Of a stretch of 64,000 nucleotides of DNA, positions 44,133-54,029 are shown in pieces. The position numbers were made by a program, and so were the translations under genes. The number at the start of each line of letters is the position of its first letter. The stretch's first letter is position 1. The notes under the pieces are model-generated. The model was not told the origin of the DNA. It ran no database searches and saw only the letters and a list, made by a program, of their open reading frames with translations. Origin of the DNA: Histomonas meleagridis 2922-C6/04-290x (Eukaryota; Protista; Parabasalia); contig JAANOX010000061.1 of NCBI GenBank assembly GCA_020184695.1, forward strand, positions 186,001-250,000, written 5' to 3'.

Positions 44133-45539
44133 CTATTCGTTCTCCTTTACATAACTTTCCAAGTCAATACTTTGGCAATGGGATATCAATCCCTCGAAAT
44201 TTCTTTCTGCATATTCGAAAGGCGGAGACAGTGATTCCTTATCCAGAAAAGAGTCGATCATCCAAAACGTATAAAATATGTCCGGATGCTCTGATGAAAG
44301 TGTAGTTCCGAGGAACAACGAAAAAAGGTCGTCGAAACATATCAATTGCTTTATGTCGCTTAAGCTTGCCAAGTTCGATCCCTTTTGGATAATTATCGCC
44401 GCCTTTTGTACTCCGATTAATTCCTTATGTATGTAATAAAGGGCATCAATCGGATTGGGGCAGAAGATCGACTCATAGAGGAAAAGTGATGCGGAATGAT
44501 AAAAGTTTATGTTTCGGAATAAGTTTCGAATACTTTCTTCTCCATCTCCGACGTGGATATATTCGGTTGGAAGATGAAAGTATTTAGAGGGTAACGAGGC
44601 AAGTTTCTCAAGTTTTATTAGATTAGGATTCGGCTTAGGTGCGAAGTAATGCGGAAATCGTTCATAACATCGTTGAAATAAACAACGATAGAGAATTACG
44701 AATGCTATGGATTGCTCTTGGGGCGTTAAAGAAGCGCGTTTAGGGATGATTCGAAGCGCAAAGTCAATGAGCTCACGAGTAAATGTGGCATGATCGACTT
44801 TGGTAAATGTATTGATTAATAAATCGATCTCATATTGATATGGTGACTTATAACAAAAGAAACATTGGGATAAGGAGACTTCAATTTCCATGGGAAATAT
44901 GTATGAAATGTCGGAGATGACACGTGAGCGAGAATCAATGACTAATTGTGTGAAAAAAGGTCTGAAATCTTGATGCCAGGGAGCTTTAGGAAGAGTCTCA
45001 ATATGTGATTTAGTACGTTCAACATAATAATATAGATATTTGATGGAATTCTGAAGTCGAGATGATGATTCAGGTTCGAGATATTCAAAAAATTCAGAGC
45101 AAACACAACACATATAGTCTGTTGGAATTATGTCAGATTGAAGAAGTTGGATTATTTCATGTGATTGTTCTATTCTATCTTTAAAATAGCCATATTGTTT
45201 TGTAGCAAGTTCAATTTGATATCCACGAAGCTCTTGCTGCATAGCAGTTAGTTTTCGGAGTAATATTATTGTATTCTTATCATCATAACATGCATAAGGA
45301 AGATCTGGAATTTCTTGTTCAGATAATTGATCAATCCTATTTTCTTCACATGTACATAATTTTTCTACTTGTGCGATAAATTCAAGTAATTTTTTCCGAA
45401 GAGATTGGTGTTTCTTTTCTCTTTTGAAAAGAAAAGCTTCTTGTTGTTTTTGTTTGTCGTTTTGAAAATAATGAACGTATGGAAGCAGATTTATATGTTC
45501 TAAACACCATGTTTTTAGTTTATCATGGTTCTCCTCCAT
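44133..45539 (-). CDS. Hypothetical protein, possibly divergent VPS9-like C-terminus
   Basis: 468-aa ORF; NPIDALYYI...CFDDLFSLF pattern only loosely VPS9-like. Confidence 0.65.
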   Translation of the reverse strand: MEENHDKLKTWCLEHINLLPYVHYFQNDKQKQQEAFLFKREKKHQSLRKKLLEFIAQVEKLCTCEENRIDQLSEQEIPDLPYACYDDKNTIILLRKLTAMQQELRGYQIELATKQYGYFKDRIEQSHEIIQLLQSDIIPTDYMCCVCSEFFEYLEPESSSRLQNSIKYLYYYVERTKSHIETLPKAPWHQDFRPFFTQLVIDSRSRVISDISYIFPMEIEVSLSQCFFCYKSPYQYEIDLLINTFTKVDHATFTRELIDFALRIIPKRASLTPQEQSIAFVILYRCLFQRCYERFPHYFAPKPNPNLIKLEKLASLPSKYFHLPTEYIHVGDGEESIRNLFRNINFYHSASLFLYESIFCPNPIDALYYIHKELIGVQKAAIIIQKGSNLASLSDIKQLICFDDLFSLFLGTTLSSEHPDIFYTFWMIDSFLDKESLSPPFEYAERNFEGLISHCQSIDLESYVKENE

Positions 45540-45772
45540 TTTTATTGGTTAATCCCAAGGGAATAAACGGGCGATGGGTTATTTAAACGGTCACCCGAAG
45601 ACATACATATTTATCAGGTTTACAAAAAGTGAACTCGATATTGATGAAAAAATCGATATTGTTTTGGAAGAATAACGATTGATTTTCAATACATAACCGC
45701 TACGATATTCATCGTTTGACAAATTTTATTTAAAAAATAAAATATTCCATTAACCATTTTTAAAAATCCTAT

Positions 45773-46672
45773 CTATTCAAATAATTGGGTGGAAAGATAC
45801 TTTTCACCACGATCAGGGAACAAAACAACAATGACACTACCAGATGGTACTTCTTCTGCAATCTTCAAAGCTGCAACCATTGCAGCACCAGATGACATTC
45901 CGATAAAAATTCCTTCTTTAGCAATGATATCTCTTGCTGCTTGATAAGCTTTCTGTGTTTCAATGATAATATGTTCATCAACTTTTGTTGGATCATAAAT
46001 TTCTGGTACAATTGCTTCTTTCATGTTTTTCAGACCTTGGATTTTATGTCCCATTTCTGGTTGGGCTTCGATAATTTTGATATTTGGATTTTTCTCTTTT
46101 AGATATTTGGCATTACCCATTAAAGTTCCAGATGTTCCAAGAGATGCCACAAAGTGTGTTATTTTCCCATTTGTTTGTTCCCAGATTTCAGGTCCTGTTG
46201 TATAATAATGTGTCATGTAATTAGCAGGATTAGAAAATTGGTTTGGCATATAGTACTTTTCAGGTTCTGCGTCATAGATTTCATGGGCTTTTCTGATGGC
46301 TCCATCTGTTCCTTGATCACCTGGAGTAAGAACAATATCAGCACCAAAGGCCTTAAGGATCTTTCTCCTTTCAACGGATACTGACTCAGACATAACAATT
46401 ACAAGCTTGTAACCTTTGATCGATGCAACCATAGCCAATCCTATTCCTGTATTTCCAGAAGTTGGTTCGATGATTATTTGTCCCTTCTTAAGTTTGCCTT
46501 GCTTTTCTGCTTCATTGATCATGTTCAAAGCTATTCTATCTTTAATTGAACCAGAAGGATTAAAACCTTCAAGTTTTGCATAAACTTCGATGTCATCTCT
46601 TTTAATGATATTGTTTAGTTTTACCATTGGGGTATTACCTACTGTTTCAAGGATGTTATTGTACACTTGCAT
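45773..46672 (-). CDS. Cysteine synthase (PLP-dependent, CysK/CysM family)
   Basis: NPSGSIKDR (PLP Lys), EPTSGNTG, LGTSGT and GMSSGA motifs. Confidence 0.96.
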   Translation of the reverse strand: MQVYNNILETVGNTPMVKLNNIIKRDDIEVYAKLEGFNPSGSIKDRIALNMINEAEKQGKLKKGQIIIEPTSGNTGIGLAMVASIKGYKLVIVMSESVSVERRKILKAFGADIVLTPGDQGTDGAIRKAHEIYDAEPEKYYMPNQFSNPANYMTHYYTTGPEIWEQTNGKITHFVASLGTSGTLMGNAKYLKEKNPNIKIIEAQPEMGHKIQGLKNMKEAIVPEIYDPTKVDEHIIIETQKAYQAARDIIAKEGIFIGMSSGAAMVAALKIAEEVPSGSVIVVLFPDRGEKYLSTQLFE

Positions 46673-46907
46673 GAAAAAAAATAATAAGTATTTGAGCGGC
46701 CAGCCAAGCCCACAAAATTTTCCTTCAAAAGTTAACTTTGTGAAATGAAAAAATATCGCTCTCCATAGAAATAAATGGAATAAACTACAGAATATTTATT
46801 GAATTTTGTGATGTTTACTCACGAGCCGGTAAAACAAACCGATCCCAACGTAAGGAAAGTGACACACTTCAGTTTTCTTATTTAACAAAATACTTTACGA
46901 ATTTCCC

Positions 46908-49755
46908 ATGTCTGAACATGAAGAAATTTCTCAAAAACTTATAAAGAATGAAGACAAGTACCACGAGAATTTAATATCATTGGAAAGGATTTTTTTTAAA
47001 GGAAATAATATCTCACCTGATTTGATTTTAAATTATTATGAACGTAATTTTCCTTATTCATTTAATCTTATTATTTGTCAATTAATGTATTCTTCTATAG
47101 TTTCACAAAGACTTGATTTTAATACATATACTGATTGTTTAAAATCGATTGAATCATATGAAACAGAATTTGATATCAATTCCAAAATAATAAAAGTATT
47201 TGGAAAATTTCTTCTTGGAAATCAATCACAAGAATCTAATTATATATTAGAAAACATGATAGAACAAAAGTTAATTCATCCTAACTTTGTACAAAAGAAA
47301 TTTACTTATTTCTTTTCGCATTTGAAAAACAAAGAAGAAACAAATTATTTAAGATATCATCCATTTGAAGATAGAAGTGCACCATTTTTTGTACAATTTA
47401 ATTCTAATATTAATGAACTTATAAAGGATGATTGGAAGATGCATAAACAATTTATTCATGACGAAGTTAATCCGAATGAACTTTCAAAAATAATACGAAA
47501 TGATGAAATAGAAAAACTTCAAAAGTTATCAACATCAACAAAATTTGATTTTAACAAGAAAATTAAACCATCGCTTTATGAAAGATGTTCATTTGTTAAT
47601 CATGAAAATGTTACATTAATTGATTATGCAGCTTTTTTTGGATCGATTAAATGTTTTCGATTTTTATTATTAAATGAATCAGAAGTAATAAATGGTTTTA
47701 AATATGCTATTGCTGGTGGTAATGTCGAAATCATTCATTTATGTGAACAAAATCATTCATCTTTTGATGGTACTTTAGAAACAGCAATTGAATTTCATCG
47801 AAATGAAATCTTCCATTATCTTTATGAAAATAATATTTTTAATAATAAAGATTTAAATGAATTAGGGAAAATTTGTGTCGAACATAATAACTATGAAATT
47901 CTTTCATTTTTAGAAGATGAAGGAATGAATATAGAAAATTCGATTATAAATTTATCAGCAAAATGTGGTAATATATTTTTGGTTAAACATTTTCTTAAAT
48001 CCCATCAAGTTCCTGAAAATATTTTACTTTTTTCTGCTGAATCGGGAAACTTTGAACTTTTTAAATATGTAATCGAACAAGAAGGTTATAATGTTAATTA
48101 TAAAGATGTTTTTTTGTTAGTTTTGAAGTTTGTTTTTTTCATAAAATGATTTTAAAATAAATTTGGAATTTCTTTAATTTGTTTAATACTGCTTTCATGA
48201 TAGCTTGTCAAGAAGGTAATATTAATATTGTTAAATTACTTTTAGAACAAAAAGGTATAAATATAAATACTAAAAATGTTTTTTTTAATTTTTATAATGT
48301 TTTTCTAAGTAGTTTCATGTTTATAACATAATATTAAAATTTGTTTTAATGTTTTTGTACTGGTTTTATGATTGCTTGTATGAATGGACATTATGAAATT
48401 GTTAGTTTGCTTCTTAATAATATAAAAAATAAAATTAATGTTAAATCAAAAGACATTAATATAATTTATTTGAAATTTAATTTTATTTTTTAATGTTTTG
48501 ATTAAATATTTAGAATTTATTATATTTATTTAATACAGCATTAGATTATGCATGTGCTAAAGGTTATTTAGATATAGCGAAATTGCTTTTAGATCAAAAG
48601 AAAATAAATATTAATCATAAAAATGTTATTTTATAATTAAAAAAATTTAATTAATACGTATAAAGTTAAATAATTATATTTGCAATTTCTTTAATTATTT
48701 TGAAACAGCTCTAATATTGGCATCATTTAATGGGCAACTTGAAGTTGTTAAATTATTACTTCAACAAAAGAAAATGGATATTAATGCAAGAAATATTTAT
48801 AAACTTTTTATTCTATTTGTTTCTTTATTTTTAATGTTTCAAGAAAATTTTTGAAACTTATTCAATTCATTTAGAACAGCATTAATGTTAGCATCTTCAA
48901 ATGGTCATGTTGATATTGTTAAAATACTGCTTGCACAAAATGGAATTGATGTTGAAGCTAAAGACAATTTTTACCTTAATAATTTGTTATTTCAAAAACA
49001 TTTTTGGAATATATTCGTATTGTTTATTACAGCTTTTATGTATGCATGTAGATGTGGGAAATATGATGTAATGAAATATTTTATAGAAAATGAAAAAATC
49101 GACTTTAATTTACAAGATATTAATTTTATATATTTAAAATTTGTTTTGAATATTTTTTGGAAATTATAAATAATATTTAATACAGCTTTAATTTATGCAT
49201 CTAAAATTGGTTATGTTAATATTGTTCAATTATTGCTTGAACAAAAAGAAATTAATATTAATATAAAAAGTGTTTTCTTTAATCATAAACAGAAGTTTTT
49301 TAATTATATAATGGATTTATATATAAAATTTGGAGTTTATTCATTTTATTTAGAGTTGCATTTATGTATGCTTGTTATTATGGTCATACTGATGTTGTGA
49401 AGCTATTTCTTAAACGAAAAGAATGCGATATTAATGCAAAAGATTTTTCTTTTATATTTACTTTTTGTTTATTATAAATATTTAATTTTTACATATTTTA
49501 TTTGACATTTAATTTCTTTTCTTGTAACAGCTTTAATGATTGCATCACATAGAAACAAAATTGATGTAGCAAAGTTGCTTCTTGACCAAAAAAACATTGA
49601 AATTAATGTAAAAAATGTTTAATTAATTTTATATAATGAAGTTTTTGTGTATGATATGGTGTTTATTAACGTTTTTCAAAACTGCTTTATCAATTGCAAC
49701 TGAAGACAAGAATACAGAAATCGAAAAATTACTTCTTTCTAAAGGTGCTATTTAG
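46908..49755 (+). CDS. DUF3447-ankyrin protein (locus A) with ten loop spacers; ends ...LLLSKGAI*
   Basis: Uninterrupted ORF to 48107; then modules at 48188, 48359, 48535, 48705, 48876, 49029, 49182, 49355, 49527 and 49681 with no internal stops; spacers 80, 81, 80, 80, 81, 63, 63, 83, 82, 64 nt. Confidence 0.85.
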
Positions 49756-50498
49756 TTTTCCCATTCTGCTATGTAAAATAAAGAAAACAAATTTGTTAGC
49801 AATGTTTTTATTATAAAATTAATTTTTTAATTTTCGTTTTTTCAATAATATTTTAACACAATTGATTTTAATGAAAGTAATTGTGCGAAATAAATCGACC
49901 AGAATATTCAAGTATTGTTGAAAAAATGTTTAAAATATTTTTATCTTCTGTTTGATTTTGTGATTCCTTGTTGTGAGTATCGCTCACTCGTGGAGGAACG
50001 AATCTTGATGGATTTGTATTAGCAAAATTAATTCAAAAAGTCATTTTTTCTTCTTTGTTTAGAGCCTCCAATAATGAATAAATTGTTTCAAGAATTATCC
50101 TATTGATAGAACATATAAATTGCAAATACAGATTTTTGAATTTTTGCTCTGGTCTATAGATATTGAAAATCTTGTATAACTTAAAAACAGAATGGAAACT
50201 ATAGAAAAATTATATAAATTAATATTGAATATTATTAGTTCTATATTTATTGAATTTGAACTTCTGTATTTAATTCTAGAGCCAAAAAAGCATTTTGAAA
50301 TTTTTGAGATTGCTCATAAAAAAATAAGATAACAAAATTTGGTTAAGATAATTTTATTGAATAGAATGTGTATACTTATTTATTTATGTTTTATTAAATT
50401 TAGGTCAGTGGAAAATGAAAAAAATTGATTTTATGATTTGAAACGACCGTTTATTTGGTTGACAGCGTCTTGTAGGAACAGAACAAGAATTCTTCATT

Positions 50499-52538
50499 TT
50501 GATGAAAAAACAAAAAAAGAAGAATTCATGGGAAACCTATCAATTAATCAATAGAACTATTTACAACTTAAACGAAGGAAATATTTCTCAATCAGTACAA
50601 ACAATATTTGATATATTTGATGATAATTATGCATATTCTTTTAATTTAGTTATAAGTCATATGATATATTCATCATTTGTAGCACAAATAGTTAATTCTA
50701 ATATAATATTCGATTTTCTTAATAAACTTGAAAAAATGTTAAATAATGAAAACAAGCATAAAAAAATATTTGATATTTTAACGCATTTTCTTGTCAACAA
50801 GACTACAGGCGATAGTGAATATCTCATTAATGAAATTCTTAAGAATGAATTTTCTAAACCAGAATGAATTTTCGTTTCCTTAACTCCTTATTTTGCACAT
50901 TACGATGAAATGAATTATTTAAACAATTCAATATATAACCAAGATGATGACAAACAGTTTAATTATTTTTTCGAAAATTATGAAGAACTTTCAAAGAATG
51001 GATGGGAACTTCATAAGCAACTAATTGAAGAAGGAGTCAATCCAAATGAAATTGCGAAAATAATTCGAAATGATGAAATCGAAAAACTTCAAGAAATTTC
51101 ATCACAAACAAAATTTGATTTTGATCAGTTTGTTGAACCATCACTTTATGAAAGATGTTCATTTATAAATCAAGAAAATGTTACATTAATTGATTATGCA
51201 GCATTTTTTGGATCAGTAAAATGTTTTAAATATTTATTTGTGAATGGAGCAAATGTAGAAAACACAGGTAAATATGCAGTTGCAGGTGGAAATGAAGAAA
51301 TTATTCATTTATGTGAACAAAATCATTCATCATTTGAAGGTGCATATAAAACAGCAATTAAGTTTCATCGAAATGATATCTTTAAATATCTTTATGATAA
51401 TAAAATTGAAGATATCAATAATTTAGAAGAATTAGGAAAGAAATGTGTTTTATGTGATAATTTGGATATATTTTTTTGATTTTACTCAAGGGAGGAATGA
51501 AAATTAATAATGATATTATTAATGAATTAGCAAGAGTTGGAAATATATTCCTTATAAAACATTTTCTTAGAGAAAATGAAATTCCAAAGGATATTTTGGT
51601 TTTTTCATCAGCATCAGGAAATTTTGAACTTGTGAAATATATTTTAAAAAAAGAAGGAATTGATATTAATACTAAAGATATTTATTTATTTTATTTAAAA
51701 TTCATTTTAATAATTTTATATTTCAAAATAATATTTGGAAATTATTTATACTATTTTATACAGCACTTATTTTAGCATCTTCAGAAGGTCATACAGAAAT
51801 CGTTAAATTACTTCTTGAACAAGAAGGAATTGATATTAATGCTAAAGAGATTTATTTGTTTTATTTAAAAATTATTTTAATAATTTGATATTTAGAAATA
51901 ATATTTGGAAATTATTTAAATTATTTGATACAGCACTTATTTTGGCATCTGAAAAAGGTCATACAGAAATCGTTAAATTACTTCTTAAGCAAAAAGGAAT
52001 CGATTTTAATGCTAAAAATATTTATTTGTTTTATTTAAAAATTATTTTAATAATTTTATATTTCAAAATAATAATTGGAAATTATTTAAATTATTTAATA
52101 CAGCACTTATATTAGCATCTAGACATGGTCATACAGAAATAGTTAAATTACTTCTAGAACAAGAAGGAATTGATATTAATGCTAAAGATATTTATTTGTT
52201 TTATTTGATATTTATTTGAATAATATAGAATTTCAAAATAATATTTGGAAATTATTTAAATTATTTTGGACAGCACTAATGGTTGCATCTTTTTATGGAC
52301 ATACAGAAATAGTCAGATTACTTCTTGAACAAGAAGGAATTGATATTAATACGGAAGATATTTATATGTTATATTTTGTATTTATTTTAATAATTTGATA
52401 TTTCAAAATAATATTTGGAAATTATATAAATTGTTTAGAACAGCAACAACATGTGCATTTGCAAAAGGCCACATAGAAATTGGTAAATTACTTCTTGAAC
52501 AAAAAGAAAATAAATATATCCTTAAATACTCAAAATAA
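50499..52538 (+). CDS. DUF3447-ankyrin protein (locus B) with five exact 80-nt loop spacers; in-frame TGA at 50865 and one homopolymer frameshift near 51476
   Basis: Modules at 51760, 51930, 52100, 52270 and 52440 (exact 170-nt period). Confidence 0.8.
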
Positions 52539-52717
52539 TGATGGCAATTAAAAAAACAAACTCAACAACATTTATATTAATTTTTTAGTATACTTGAATT
52601 ATAGGTTAAATAAAAAGCATCCCATTGCGACCAACCGAAAACTTAATATTAATATGTAAGAACAAATAACTATGAACCTGTTAAACTTAAAATTAAATAA
52701 AAAATTTAATATTAAAT

Positions 52718-53428
52718 TTATTTAAACACGATAGAGAATAACAAAGGAGTGAAAACAATAGTAAATGTTGCGTTTAACGTTGTTATAGGAGCACCTTTGT
52801 AAAACGATTTCCATTTATCAATTAAGTCAGCAAAAATTGGTTTATTTGTTTCTATATTTATATTTTCTTTTTCTTTTTTCAGGTAAAAAATTTCCGATTT
52901 TGATTTCTTCTTTCTCATCAATTTCTTTTGGTTCTTCTTTCTTTATGAATTTTTCATTGTACTGTTTGGTAGCATTTTCATCACTGGAAATTATTATATC
53001 TGAAATGCCAACCGTTCCATCAATTGTCCATAAATCGAATCCAACCCCTGTGAAGTTTGCAAATTTATGAGGTGACAAATCTTCATAGAAATTTGGGTTT
53101 GGAATTCTTTGTGGAATCCATTTTCCTTTATATTGAGGATTTCGATATCTTGAATGTTCCCAAGGACCTACAAATTTTGGTTTAATAATTAATGGCGGTT
53201 CGTATGGACCACATCCTGGTACATTTTCACATTTTGGATTTGGAATAAGTTCTGGTTCCCATTTTCCAAAAATAGATTCATCCCAATCTTTAGGTTGTTT
53301 GGAATCTTGATTAGGAATTAATTTAGACTCGTCTAGTAACCATCCTTTGGAGGATCAAGTTTTTCTGGATCAGGTATAAATTCGGGTTGTGTTTCATCCC
53401 AATCGGACGGTTTTTTAACGGTCTCTAA
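52718..53428 (-). pseudogene. 5'-truncated calnexin-like fragment (P-domain to TM)
   Basis: KPSDWDE, PKDWDESIFGKWEPELIPNP, CENVPGCGPY, VGFDLWT and a C-terminal TM; two frameshifts; lectin N-domain not found upstream. Confidence 0.75.
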
Positions 53429-53589
53429 ATTAGAAAGAAATTTAAAAAAAATTACTATATCTTCATAAAAATTTGTATACTGTGCTTATATGTTAAAATC
53501 TGATATGTATTAAATACAATACAAATAATTTTAAGATTAAAAAGAAATCTATAAGTGAGAAAGTGGTTGACAATGTATTATTCCACATG

Positions 53590-53750
53590 AAATATTTTAA
53601 TAATTTAATGTTTCAAAATAATATTTGGAAATTATTTAAATTATTTGATACACACTTATTTCAGTAACGAAAAATGGTCATACAGAAACAGTTAATTTAC
53701 TTTTTGAACAGAAAGAAATTGATATTAATGCTAAAGATGTTTATTTATTT
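53590..53750 (+). pseudogene. Orphan single ankyrin module with flanking 17-nt blocks
   Basis: ...AAT|GTTTCAAAATAATATTT|GGA|AATTATTTAAATTATTT|GAT|ACA... then a module with a 1-nt deletion ending GCTAAAGAT. Confidence 0.75.
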
Positions 53751-54029
53751 TCAATAACGAAAATGTAATTAATTTTCATCCAAAATAAACTGTAACAATT
53801 TTCGAGTCACATTTATGCCATGTATGCATGCAAAACAATTTCTGATTTACGAAAAAAACAATAAAAATAGGCTTCAGCCAATCTAATTAGATTGTATTTA
53901 TATTCAAAAACAGGTGGGCATTTTTCAAAATGTAAACAATTTTTTGAATATGTAAACTTTTCAAAATATTTTTGCCCATTTACAAAAAGTTTGATACCAA
54001 AGTCAACTCATTTTTTTTTTTTTTAAATT

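Noticed and set aside
48108-49680. Single programmed frameshift or one ribosomal hop per spacer
   Set aside because: Spacer lengths cover all three phases, there are no matched take-off/landing codons, and the consensus is restored only by keeping the four embedded triplets.
51680-51766. Canonical GT-AG or AT-AC intron explanation for the ankyrin spacers (ACAG at the Thr-Ala codons, occasional GT near the start)
   Set aside because: Many spacers lack GT, and several modules start ACT-GCT, ACA-CCA or TCT-GCA with no AG. Splicing at those sites breaks the frame and would delete the loop Gly.
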